From the NCBI RefSeq assembly GCF_006345805.1, contig NC_043001.1:32798001-32862000 (forward strand): DNA of 64,000 nucleotides, read 5' to 3'. Within the stretch, counting starts at the first letter, position 1. Every line of letters starts with the position of its first letter. A model generated the notes under the pieces. That model worked only from the letters and a program-made list of their open reading frames with translations. It did no database searches and was not told the DNA's origin. Made by a program: the position numbers and the translations under genes. Positions 26,721 through 40,011 of the stretch are shown piece by piece. This DNA is from Octopus sinensis. Lineage: Eukaryota.

Positions 26721-29039
26721 ACTTACTTGGAAGAAGAAGAAAACGACGCGTGCGTTCAATCGTATAATAACAATTTAATAAATAAAACATATGAATAAAC
26801 ACGCATTGAGTCGAATAAGGGGCAGCTGAAGAAGGGGAATATTCCTTGTGCTGTTTGTCTTGTACTCTGTTTTTTCGTTGTTAAAAAAAGTTCGTTTCCT
26901 TGTTTGGTTTTATGTTTTTGTTTCTCGTTGTGTTCTACGTTTATTTGTGGTGTCCTGTACTCATATATGCATGTATATATACATATAGATGTAGGTATGT
27001 GCATATATGTATGTATGTATGTATATATATATATATAATATATATATTATATATGTATATATATATATATATATGAAAGAGATAATTAAGATTCAGTTGA
27101 ATTCGGGACTTAAGTTGAGGCAACAAGTCAGTCTGGTATTGTCCGCACAGCTCGAAGTTAGGTGAATAGAAAGCAAATAAGTAACAAGGATGTCCAGGTA
27201 TTAGCTCATTACGGCTGTTTCAGGTGGCTCCATTTAATCGATCAATGCATAAGACCATATAGGGTTTCAACATACAGGATACTCCGTTATAATTTTTTAG
27301 TAATTTTTCATCATAACTAGAGAATAAAAGAATTACATGTTTATTGCTATTATTGTAGCAGAATGAACTTAGAGAGAAAATATCTCAAGCCTACTATAAT
27401 TTGGAGCGGCAGAAGAGAATAAGAATATGCGTCAAGAAATGCTAATATAGCTACATTCATCTTTCTTCTTATCAAAATCAAATGACCCAATGCAGCTAGT
27501 ATTCTACATCCTCTTAGAATTAACACCACTGGGAATTGTCAGTTAAACTCTTGCTGCTGGTGATAAATTAATTAATGTCAGTTATTCTTCCCTAACCCTA
27601 TTTTACTGTGACTATAAATTCGCCATGATTACATAAAGGAACATGCCTCGGAAGATGCCAGCAAGATAATGGTATATAACTAGAAAGAGGAATGGTAGAT
27701 GTGCTTTAAACTATTTTATTATTATCAGTTAAACTAGAAAACAAAGGAGGTCACAACGAGATATAAGTGAGCATTGAGGGAACGGGGAAAATAATATATC
27801 CAAATTTAGCAAAATTTATACATTGTAATATTTTGCATATTAAATGATAAAATGTGAATAATAATATTTAGAAAGTGATTTAAAGACCAAGTAAGAGAAG
27901 AGGGATAGATAAACCAATCTAAGCCCTAAAAAGTGGAATACTTTATATAAAACAGAAACCTCATAATGCTTCATCAGATTTCATCCGAGAAGGGTTACCC
28001 AATTTCTATTGACTAAAAACCAAAGATTAGGGACAAAAGATAAGATGATCAATTCTATAACAGATGAACTTATTTAAAATACCTTGGAAAAAATATGATT
28101 ATACAAGAAAAATTCCAACATTATGAAAAAATCTTAAAGGGTATAAGAAGGTATAAAAATATCACATAATATATATAGAAAACATTTTCATATATATATA
28201 TGTGACTATATAAATGTGAATATATAAAAGATATTAAAAAATTAAATAAAAAATTTATGATAATTATAATAAATAATTATAAATAAATATAAATACCATA
28301 TTGGATTATATTATACCATGATCAACTACAGAGAGAAGTTACAGCCCCTTCAAAATTCATAGAATGTTACACAAGTATATACGAGTGTAAACAGGTACAC
28401 AAAACACAAAATATAATAATATAATACAATATTTAAAAATAACTAAAATAAACTAAGAAATAAAATAATAAAAATGAAGATATACGTATGTATAAAATTT
28501 CAATAAAGGATTTATAAAATGGAAAAATAGACATGAAGATAAAAATTTTACATTGTGGAAGCCATAAGATACATACTAGATATAAAAAGAGACAAAAGAT
28601 AAAAAAATTTTAAATAATAAATAATAAGGATTAGTCGAGGTATTCTAAACAAAAACAGATTGAAAAATAAAGATAAGGATACCATTGGATGCGGTTTTAT
28701 AAAATATTTGTAAGATGTAATATTACAGGCACTGAGGTATGTAGAATCATATAGTTCCTAGTGGGGTAAGTATCCTTAAGGGAGGCATAAGATCTGGTAA
28801 TTCATTGTAAATATACCTATCGTGATTGATAGGGGAGAAAGTTTTAGAGCTGAAGGAAAAACAGTGCAATCAACGTATAGGATGAATGCAGACTATACTT
28901 GTAGGGGTCATAAGAGGGCAATATTATATACAAAATATAATTTACTACACTCGAGGGTATATTATGAAAATATGACACCCCAGATAATTTCTATCACCTA
29001 ATCATAGTATGATGTGTATAATATCATTTGTTTATAAAA

Positions 29040-29464
29040 TATTTAAATGTACGGGTGATGTTATGCATACAGGATACCCTTAGGTCTAATCTGTTAATAA
29101 TTAGTTTATTCTTATCTCTATACTTAAAAATTTCATAAATTTCCATAGAACAAAGTTCGCATCTATATCTGCCATCTTTATATGGCTGCGGTCACCGTAC
29201 TACATCCCATTCAAGGCTAAATATACTATTGCTTTCCTTAAGCTCCCAGATTTTACTAGAAAAAGAAGTACTCTTAGCTTTATGTCTAAGTCTAAAAGAT
29301 GACAGATAGTTATTAACGCGCTTCTACATATTTAACGAGGACCCGATATAAATAAAGTTACTGGCTTTAGTCAAAACTGCACATTATAAAAAAAAAATAT
29401 TAAACAACGACCTAATAATGGGCATTGGGATTTTACCCTACAATTGCAGTCGGGGATATTATTG

Positions 29465-29528
<64 letters not shown>

Positions 29529-30510
29529 CGTTGTTGTTGTTGTTATTGTTATTTTTATTATTATATGTTTGTTCTGTTGTTCTGAATTCCTAAATATCCA
29601 GTATTTTACCATCATTACAGGGGTTTAAAACACTATTGACAATATTAATATTATTATCAATACCTCGTGCTAATTTTATATTTCTTCCGTTAAATCGGGC
29701 TACAATGGTGCGTGCCTATATTGGGAAGGGTAGAATATAAGATCTGAGAAGATTCTATTGTACTTATGGGAAGCTGGGAAGTTTTTTTCTAAAATTACAT
29801 AAATTTATTATATATATTGGTAGATATAGCCTAGTAAAAAGGAATATTATTCCAAACTACATTGTTCTTTCCAGACTTCTTAGGTTTATGAAAGTGTCTC
29901 CTATCAATTCTTTTACCACCTCCCGATCTCTCTGATTTTTAATATGGTCCCATTACCGGTACCTGTTATCATTAGAAGAGGTCCCATTGGGGTCAATCAT
30001 ATCCCTACCACTATTATACATATTACACATCTTACCGCCTGTAGATTCTATTTTCTATTGTTATATATCTTATTCATTGTTTAATAGGAATGTTAGAGGC
30101 TATCGTAGTAGGTCTATGTGCTCGACTAGGAGGGCTTTTGTTCTTTTCATTTATATATTCATTATAATTCCTTGTAGGCATCTGACTCTCTTAATTAATG
30201 AAAGCAAGCTCCTGATTATATCTTGCTTTAGAAAGAGCAGAGTTATAGTAGTGAGGGTATAAATTAAATATATCCCTATTAGCTTATAATTGCGTAATTC
30301 GTCTCCAAAATTCTTTTGCTACTGATTTTAATACATTAGGGGGATGATAAGAGGATTTGGTCACATATCTAGTAACTTCATCCGGTTTTCTATATAGGTA
30401 ATATGAGCCAGAGATTATATCTAAAGTAGTGTCTAAGAAGTTAGCTACCTTCTTGACGTACTCGAAAGTGAGTCCTAGGTTAAAACCAAAATCACCTTTG
30501 CTTTCATCAT
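29040..30510 (-). mobile_element. Decayed, 5'-truncated Penelope-like element: RT C-terminus/thumb, linker, GIY-YIG endonuclease
   Basis: Minus-strand translation: ANFLDTTLD...YRKPD...KSSYHPPNVLK; NVVWNNIPF...YSTLPNI; CNCRVKSQCPLLGRCL; IYIG (29342-29353); SSKIWELKE...RCELCSME. Many stops and frameshifts; (AAT)n expansion in the linker. Confidence 0.85.
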
Positions 30511-30535
30511 TTAAAAGTCAATAATAGGAGATACA

Positions 30536-30747
30536 AGGCAGGAAGCTGGCAGAAACGTTAGCACGCCGGGAGAAATGCTTAGTAGTATTTCGTCTGCCTT
30601 TACCTTCTGAGTTCAAATTCCACCGAGGTCGACTTTGTCTTTCATCATTTCAGGGTCGATAAATTAAGTACCAGTTACGTACTGGTGTCGATCTAATCGA
30701 CTTGCCCTCTCCCCAAAATTTCGGGCCTTGTGCCGAGAGTAGAAAAG
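30536..30747 (+). mobile_element. SINE family 1 (tail B) with 15-bp target-site duplication
   Basis: AATAATAGGAGATAC at 30520-30534 and 30748-30762. Confidence 0.9.
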
Positions 30748-31212
30748 AATAATAGGAGATACCAGTTAACAACTGGGATCGATTTTATCGACTAAGCCAC
30801 TCCTGCTGAAACTGAAACTGCTGGCCTTATGCTAAGATTTGAAACAATGATGTGCAAATCTCTTTTTGTTTTTGTTTTTTTTTCATAATGGCCAACGTTG
30901 TTGCGCAGGGATATGTGTGGCAGTGAGCGTGTAGTACTAGTAGAGTAGGGATCTTATTGCATCCTTTCATATTCTCACTTCAGTTACTGTCAATGTTGAC
31001 TTCAACCTTTATCACTTTGAGTTCCACAAAGTATGCATAATTTATTTGAGGTTAATTCACTTAACAATAGCGATGTTTTATATTTGTGCGCATGTGTGTG
31101 CGTGTGCGCGTGTGTATGTGCGTCTGTGTGCATTTGTACCTATATATGTATATAAGTGTGTGTATATATATGTGTGTATATATATGTGTGTATATATATG
31201 TATATATATATA

Positions 31213-31261
<49 letters not shown>

Positions 31262-31320
31262 TATATATATAATATATATATATCGTTAGATAGATAGATG
31301 ATAGATAGATAGATAGATAG

Positions 31321-31360
<40 letters not shown>

Positions 31361-32699
31361 ATATATATACACTCTCACATACCAAGAGACTGGCACATGC
31401 ATATACATATGTTGCTATATACTTTTATACATAAACACGCACGCACACATATACATACCATACGTGTATTAGTACGTATGTCTACTTGCAAACAAAAACA
31501 AGGTAAAGACCAATCAGTTGGGGGAATATCGTGATCATAACGGTTTCCATTACACCAAGTATGGCTACTATTAGATGTTGTTCTTACTTGTATGCATTAC
31601 TTCAATAATATTTCATCTTATATTTTTTCTTGTCATAATACAAAAAAAAAAAATAATAAATATCTAAATAAAAGTTGACAAATATATTTTGCTTTTGTTT
31701 CTCTTCTCTCCAAACTCTGCCCATGTTAATATTTCGGGATTATTAATAAACTAAGATTTTTAATATAGACACGAAGCCATTTCAAACAGAAAGAACAAAA
31801 CTAAGAAACAGAGAAACAAAAAAAAACGGTAAGAAAACAAAGCCTTCTATATTGATAGAGAAAAATAACGATATAAGAAAAAATCTTTGATGTTTCCGAA
31901 TTAATTATACTTCTTCTCGTTATGTTGTTTTTAATGTTCATTTTTTATAAAACATAACAGCAAATTTCCTTACAATTCTCTCCATATAAACATGCGTATG
32001 CATGTGTGTATATGCGTGTGTGTATCTCTATGTGCGTTTTTGGTTGCACATCATTGTTTTTCATTAGTGCTGCTATTGTTTTTTGGTTGTTTATGATCAT
32101 GAATAGGAGGATGGTGATTGCAATATTCATGCTCATGTTGTTTTTATAACAATATTATTGACAGTTTTTCCCTTGCTGTTCTTGTTTGTGTTGCTGTTAC
32201 TGTTGCTAGTGTTGTAGCAATAAGGGTTAATTCAGGGTGATGGCATCACTGAAAATTTAATTAGAATATTCTAGTAATACCACCAACATATCAATTTTGT
32301 GTAAAATTAAATATAAAAATATGCGAGAATTTTAGTTGACTTTTTGTCAGACAGATCGATTTAGAAGTAAGATAATGGAAATAGATTTTCTTAAGAGATG
32401 AAGAGTAGATGAGGTAAATCATTTGCATTTATATGTTTACCAAAGATAAGTGCATTGATCAATAAGGTCACCCAATAAGAAAGCCGCCTCTGCTTATTTC
32501 AATCACACTTTCAATGTAACAACAAATTTAACTATATACGATAATTACCTAATTTTCTTTAAGAGTAAAATTATTTAAATCATAAATTCTGTGTTACATG
32601 CCATTATCTTCATTAAATTAAATTTAGACCATCAATTGCCAAGTACAGTGATGAAGATGAAAACACGATGAAGCGGCAATCAAATCTGGTGTCCAGAAT

Positions 32700-32900
32700 A
32701 TTCAGTGTATGGATGAGTCTTAATCATTCTTCGATTCAATTCAGATCTTTAGTACACGTGACTAGAGGTTATTAGTCCTCAATGCTTGATCCTGCGCTGC
32801 CACCAACAAACGTTCTGACTCCCATTTCAGCCGTCCTTTCCGCAATCACAACCATCTCCCATTATTACAGTTTTCTGCATTTATCTTTGGAACTTCACCA
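32700..32900 (-). mobile_element. Highly decayed RLE-type LINE fragment (post-RT region)
   Basis: WL*LRKGRLKWESERLLVAAQDQALRTN matches the conserved AAQDQALRTN block of R4/Dong-like ORFs. Confidence 0.65.
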
Positions 32901-33220
32901 CTCTAGTACCTCGTAATAACAAATCTTTCGGCTTCCTTATATTAAAATATAATTTTCTTCCATTATTTTAGCAATTTCTTAAACCTGGTTTGATGATGAT
33001 CTTTAGATTTAATCTTTCCTCGCATGGAGCTTGATCATACACATCCATGATAGAGATTATTCGTTGCGGACTCATTGTCATTATTATTTTTGCCGTTGTT
33101 GTTATTTAAGACGTCGCACAGTATCCAATATCTTGATGTTAATTGGAGATATTTTGTCTGCCGGGGATTTCTACTGCCTGTCAAGTCACAAGGACCGCAG
33201 GTATTATTATTATTATTATA

Positions 33221-33270
<50 letters not shown>

Positions 33271-34387
33271 TGCAACTTGCATTACAAATTACATTTCAAT
33301 ATATTTGGAAACAATATTTTACCGCAATTTCTTAGAAGAAAGTCTCACAGGACTGAACCGCTGGACCTAAATTTACACATTAGTTTCTGAATCATAAATA
33401 AAATTCGTGAAATAACTATACGGTAGACATACAGGCAGAACTAATTTGCAGTTTAAAGTCTCGCATAAGTGTTAGCGGAGTACGATTAAGTCTAGCTACA
33501 GCTATCATAAAGAACGACGTTATCACTTATTCATATGTGAAGATGAAACAGAACCAATAATGTTCTTAGAATGAGATCCATGGGAACAAAGAGCTGAATA
33601 TTTCCTTTGTGAATAGTCATCTTTGGCGTCAGGAAATCATTTTTGGCGTTATTTCAAGCTCCTCAAAAGGTTTGTTTAAATTAACTGGCGAACGTAAACA
33701 ATATTGCGTCGGCGAAAGATTAAAAAAATAAAGGGGCATCTTTTCTGAAAGACTGAAAATCGAAAGCCAGACTTTTCTTCAGAGTAGGTACAAACACGTT
33801 TTTTTCTTACGCTCGGAAAAGCATAAACACACACACACACATGCTCACACACGCACATAAGCACAAAAATGTCACCATATTCAAACATACATAATATACA
33901 TCACAAATACATGCATATATGTATATGTATATTTATATATATATGTATGTATGTATATACATATATATACACGCACACACACATGTATAAATATATACAT
34001 ACATACGCATATATGGGGATGGTCATGTTGTCAGTTTAGCCAATAAAAACACACGCACTATGTATTTTATATTAACTGTATTTCGTCACACTTCTGTGAT
34101 CTCATCAGTAGTCCTTTGCTTTCTTCTTTCATTTTTGTTAATCTCTCCTTACTAATGATCTGCCATTTTGTATTCCTATATGTGTCTTTATTTGCGCATG
34201 CGTATATCCCTGTGTGTGTCTGTTTAATAAGTGTGTGGGGAGGGGGAATGTGCCTACATTATCAGTATCCCCTGTTTATACACGTTCGTTTAATTTACTT
34301 TTATTCAATTTATTCATTTGTTTATATCTACTTACTTTTCTTTGTTTTTTTTGTATCTAATTTGATTTGATTAATTGTTTTAATATA

Positions 34388-34543
34388 GGAGTGGCTGTGT
34401 AGTAAGAAGCTTGCTTACCAACTGCATGGTTCCGGGTTCAGTCCCACTGCGTGGCACCTTGGGCATGTGTCTTCTACTACAGGCTCGGGCCGACCTAAGC
34501 CTTGTGAGTGGATTTGGTAGACGGAAATTGAAAGAAGCCCGTC

Positions 34544-34603
<60 letters not shown>

Positions 34604-34825
34604 TGTGTGTTTGTGCGTATGTTTGTGTCTGTGTTTGTCCCCCAACATCACTTGACAACCGATCCCGGTGTGTTTACGTCCCCGTCGCTTAGCGGTTCGG
34701 CAAAAGACACCGATAGAATAAATACTAGGCTTACAAAGAATAAGTCCTGGGGTCAACTTGCTCGACTAAAGGCGGTGCTCCAGCATGGCCACAGTCAAAT
34801 GACTGAAACAAGTAAAAGAGTAAAA
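34388..34825 (+). mobile_element. SINE family 2, full length
   Basis: Homology to the 11769 and 63496 copies. Confidence 0.85.
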
Positions 34826-34894
34826 TTTCATTTATTTATCTGTGTATTATATTATATTCATATTATTATCAATTTATGGGGATCTTATTCTGTC

Positions 34895-35809
34895 AAACTT
34901 GATTTCGAAACGTACGTCCGTAGGTAACTTAAAATTGTATGATAGATTGCCGTCATTTCATTCTTTCTTTCTTACCTGTCTGTGTTTGCCTTTCAAGTGC
35001 TGTGTTTTTACTGAGATCCCCCTTTTAGTAGAAGGAATAGCTATATCTCTTTGACTGCTATTTCTAAATTCGGTGTGTTGGTGAGGCAATTCGTTGCTAA
35101 ACCCTTAATTACTTAGTATTACTTAAATTTTCCTGGAATGGGGCTTTTACATGCCGAAATCTACTTGGTGTAATTGATAATTATTCCAAATTAATTAATT
35201 TCACCCTTTATTGTTACTGATAACCATATTTTATCCCAGTAAATGACCACATCATTTTGTCTTGGCTACACGCGGGTGGAAGGGGCCTGGTGACACAAAC
35301 TTTCATTCACACTTTGAATTTCGTGGTACTGGTCATGCTTTGGCTCGCTCTGACACTGAGTTGAGATAATGTCTTCTAGTATCTCAAAATTTAATATACA
35401 ATTATTCATAATTGTAGTATCCTGCGCCGATGAGAAAAGAAGTTTGGGTAAGGTAGAATTTTCTAATTCTTATGCTTTCCTAAAACTTGATTTCGAAACG
35501 TACGTCCGTAGGTAACTTAAAATTGTATGATAGATTGCCGTCATTTCATTCTTTCTTTCTTACCTGTCTGTGTTTGCCTTTCAAGTGCTGTGTTTTTACT
35601 GAGATCCCCCTTTTAGTAGAAGGAATAGCTATATCTCTTTGACTGCTATTTCTAAATTCGGTGTGTTGGTGAGGCAATTCGTTGCTAAACCCTTAATTAC
35701 TTAGTATTACTTAATTTTCCTGGAATGGGGCTTTTACATGCCGAAATCTACTTGGTGTAATTGATAATTATTCCAAATTAATTAATTTCACCCTTTATTG
35801 TTACTGATA
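34895..35809 (+). mobile_element. Hammerhead-containing tandem repeat A (588-bp monomer, ~1.55 copies); retrozyme-like
   Basis: 34895-35222 repeated at 35483-35809 with a single indel seen; no ORF; 3' end abuts (TA)n. Confidence 0.8.
35421..35512 (+). ncRNA. Type I hammerhead ribozyme motif, core variant CCGAUGA (U4C)
   Basis: Helix I CCTGCG/CGTAGG; core CCGATGA; helix II GAAA...TTTC with extended stem; GAAA; palindromic helix III ACGTACGT; GUC site at 35504-35506. Confidence 0.8.
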
Positions 35810-35815
35810 TGTATA

Positions 35816-35847
<32 letters not shown>

Positions 35848-35886
35848 TTATATATATATATATAATATATATATATTATATGTATG

Positions 35887-35919
<33 letters not shown>

Positions 35920-35938
35920 ATATATATATATATATATG

Positions 35939-36032
<94 letters not shown>

Positions 36033-36048
36033 ATATATATATATAATG

Positions 36049-36102
<54 letters not shown>

Positions 36103-36106
36103 TATG

Positions 36107-36140
<34 letters not shown>

Positions 36141-36181
36141 TATATATATATATATGTATGTATATATATATATATATATAT
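35810..36181. repeat. (TA)n/(TATG) microsatellite separating arrays A and C
   Basis: Direct reading. Confidence 0.95.
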
Positions 36182-36568
36182 AACCTGTTTGCCTGTCCCT
36201 TTTTCTTATATACAATATATATACTGAACTTTACAGAAGTTCCTGCCGGTAATCGGCTATATTTACATACCGAATTCTACCAGTAAATATTGGGGTTTTT
36301 TTAAAAGCCTTTATAGAAATTATTTACTCTTATTATTATATTACTATTTGGATTTTTCACTCCATTATGACAACCCAATAGTTCCCAATCTTATGGAACT
36401 ATTTTTGTAGTGCGCATGGCAAAATTTTGGAGGAAGATTTACGAATTCAAACGTCTATGTAGGTTTAGCTTTTGCTCACTTTCTTCAAATATTTTGATGT
36501 CGCATGGTCAGAAGGTTTGAGGTACGTAGCATTTGATAAATCTATGATAAATCTTTTTCAATAGAAAG

Positions 36569-36681
36569 CTGTGCTGAAGAAGGATGTGAAATATATATGC
36601 AATGTATATGAAATATATATCAAAAATATATATGAAATATATATTCAATATGTTTATAATCCAGAAACATGATGTTCACAG
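36569..36681 (+). ncRNA. Type I hammerhead motif, array C copy 1
   Basis: CTGTG-CTGAAGA-A-GGAT...ATCC-A-GAAA-CATGATG-TT-CACAG: 5-bp helix I, near-palindromic helix III ACAT(G)ATGT, GUU site; non-canonical A-A at the base of helix II. Confidence 0.7.
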
Positions 36682-37211
36682 ATAACCACCAGACTTCGTT
36701 TTCGTTATCTATTCCTTCTGTTTTGCATATGTGAATTACAGGGTTTGTCTTGCCTGGAGTCCAACTTTGATAGAAATAAGCATTCTTGACTGCTATTTCT
36801 ATTTTTTCGGTATGCGGTCAAGCAACCTGTTTGCCTGTCCCTTTTTCTTATATACAATATATATACTGAACTTTACAGAAGTTCCTGCCGGTAATCGGCT
36901 ATATTTACATACCGAATTCTACCAGTAAATAATTGGGTTCTTTTTAAAAGCCTTTATAGAAATTATTTACTCTTATTATTATATTACTATTTGGATTTTT
37001 CACTCCATTATGACAACCCAATAGTTCCCAATCTTATGGAACTATTTTTGTAGTGCGCATGGCAAAATTTTGGAGGGAAGATTTACGAATTCAAACGTCT
37101 ATGTAAGTTTAGCTTTTGCTCACTTTCTTCAAATATTTTGATGTCGCATGGTCAGAGGTTTGAGGTACGTAGCATTTGATAAATCTATGATAAATCTTTT
37201 TCAATAGAAAG

Positions 37212-37321
37212 CTGTGCTGAAGAAGGATGTGAAATATATATGCATGTATATGAAATATATATCAAAAATATATGAAATATATATTCAATATGTTTATAAT
37301 CCAGAAACATGATGTTCACAG
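37212..37321 (+). ncRNA. Type I hammerhead motif, array C copy 2
   Basis: Same motif as copy 1. Confidence 0.7.
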
Positions 37322-37849
37322 ATAACCACCACCAGACTTCGTTTTCGTTATCTATTCCTTCTGTTTTGCATATGTGAATTACGGGGTTGTCTTGCCTGGA
37401 GTCCAACTTTGATAGAAATAAGCATTCTTGACTGCTATTTCTATTTTTTCGGTATGCGGTCAAGCAACCTGTTTGCCTGTCCCTTTTTCTTATATACAAT
37501 ATATATACTGAACTTTACAGAAGTTCCTGCCGGTAATCGGCTATATTTACATACCGAATTCTACCAGTAAATAATTGGGTTCTTTTTAAAAGCCTTTATA
37601 GAATTATTTACTCTTATTATTTATTACTATTTGGATTTTTCACTCCATTATGACAACCCAATAGTTCCCAATCTTATGGAACTATTTTTGTAGTGCGCAT
37701 GGCAAAATTTTGGAGGGAAGATTTACGAATTCAAACGTCTATGTAGGTTAGCTTTGCTCACTTTCTTCAAATATTTTGATGTCGCATGGTCAGAAGGTTT
37801 GAGGTACGTAGCATTTGATAATCTATGATAAATCTTTTTCAATAGAAAG

Positions 37850-37961
37850 CTGTGCTGAAGAAGGATGTGAAATATATATGCAATGTATATGAAATATATA
37901 TCAAAAATATATATGAAATATATATTCAATATGTTTATAATCCAGAACATGATGTTCACAG
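37850..37961 (+). ncRNA. Type I hammerhead motif, array C copy 3 (GAAC instead of GAAAC)
   Basis: Same motif with a one-base loss in the A run, possibly an assembly error. Confidence 0.6.
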
Positions 37962-38262
37962 ATAACCACCAGACTTCGTTTTCGTTATCTATTCCTTCTG
38001 TTTTGCATATGTGAATTACAGGGTTTGTCTTGCCTGGAGTCCAACTTTGATAGAAATAAGCATTCTTGACTGCTATTTCTATTTTTTCGGTATGCGGTCA
38101 AGCACCTGTTTGCCTGTCCCTTTTTTCTATATACAATATATATACTGAACTTTACGAAGTTTCCTGCCGGTAATCGGCTATATTTACATACCGAATTCTA
38201 CCAGTAAATAATTGGGGTTTTTTTTAAAGCCTTTATAGAAATTATTTACTCTTATTATTATA

Positions 38263-38296
38263 TGTATATATATATATAGATATATATATATGTATG

Positions 38297-38329
<33 letters not shown>

Positions 38330-38399
38330 ATATTATATATATATGTAGTATATATATATATATATGTATGTATATATATTATATATATATATATATATG

Positions 38400-38470
<71 letters not shown>

Positions 38471-38487
38471 ATATATATATATATATG

Positions 38488-38536
<49 letters not shown>

Positions 38537-38612
38537 TGTATATATATTATATATATATGTATGTATATATATATATATGTATGTATATATATAATATATA
38601 TATGTATGTATA
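38263..38612. repeat. (TA)n/(TATG) microsatellite
   Basis: Direct reading. Confidence 0.95.
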
Positions 38613-39974
38613 TTTACCGTATATGAAAACTAGATGGTAGGCAAAAACATATTTCTTGTCTGATACCATCAGAAACAGGAAACTAACATAAAAATTCTAT
38701 TATTTAATTCCAACTTCATGAAACTTTTGTTGAGGTTCCAGTTACGTAGAATTACACGAATACTCTGAAATGCTTTAATATTTTAGCTAATGCCTCTGGT
38801 GTTTTGGCAGTTTCCATGTAGCAGAACATCGGTAATAGAATAAGAGTAGAATCACATAATTAAATATGTTCTTTTAATTATTTATTAATACAATAATTCA
38901 TAAATATGTTTCAACTATTTCCTAGGAAACTTTATCGGTGACTGAAGCATATATTTACAAAGATGTACTATCATGATTACCTTTCATCTTTTTTTGCCTT
39001 TGCACCCAATATCAGAAACGTGCTATATTCTATATTATAATTATATATTATTTCAATGAAAATAGTGCTTAGTATATTGAGATATTATACATATATTTCG
39101 TTTGGTTATATATTTATTTTTATACTCAGCCTAGTTTTAAATTATGTATGGTGCAAATGTCTAAGTTTGATGGCATTTTGCAAATAACTGAACGTGATGC
39201 ATATATAATTTCGAAAATGATTTTCAATGTCGAGCATAAAAGAAGCGAAAATGTGACGTGTTACATTTAGTGTTCTTCAATATTAATGATAAATAATAAT
39301 TGGTATCTTTTCTCATGTAATATGTTTATAAATATCCTAATATATCTATGAAGAATCCACGTCACAACAGTGTTACACTCTTGCAGTGTTAATCTTTTGA
39401 TAATATTGCTTACTATACACGCTCTCTCGACTAATAACTATATATATTGTTATGCTTTACATGAGTCAGTCATGGGACTGCGGCCATCCTGGAGCACCGA
39501 CTGGAAGGATTTGGTCAAACGAATCGATCCCAGTACTTATACTGGTACTTATACCATCCTAATTTTTATCGAACTCTTGGTTATTGGGATGTCGCCAAAC
39601 CAAAAGTGGTTGTTACTCTCTCTTTTACTCTTTTACTTGTTTCAGTCATTTGACTGCGGCCATGCTGGAGCACCCCCTTTAGTCGAGCAAGACACAAAGA
39701 CACACACACATATATATATTTAGGCATGTATCAATATATAAATATAGATACACATATTTTGTGTACTCAGTTGACTCAAAAGGAATTGGTCGGCGCGGAG
39801 CTATGCTGGGAGACACTTGCCAGGGTGCCGCGCAGTGGGACTGAACGCAACACTACGGGGTTTCAAAGCATGCCCCTTAACCAAATAAACATACCTTGTT
39901 CAATTCTAGCTTTTGCATTTTCCTTACGCATTTTGCTATTTGACGCCAGGTTTTTCTTTATTTTAACATCATCA

Positions 39975-40011
<37 letters not shown>

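Larger units (their letters stand above)
36182..38262 (+). mobile_element. Hammerhead-containing tandem repeat C (~642-bp monomer, ~3.2 copies); retrozyme-like
   Basis: Monomer starts at 36182, 36824, 37466, 38104; near-identical units; (TA)n on both sides; non-coding. Confidence 0.85.

Noticed and set aside
26815-26965. CTGAAGA plus hairpin in a repeat related to 20340-20450
   Set aside because: GAAA core half absent in both copies
27960-27985. CTGATGA on the minus strand 3' of the Penelope remnant
   Set aside because: No downstream GAAA core half found
36182-38262. CRISPR-like or satellite-only interpretation of the tandem array
   Set aside because: No unique spacers, eukaryotic context; units are ~640 bp and contain ribozyme motifs
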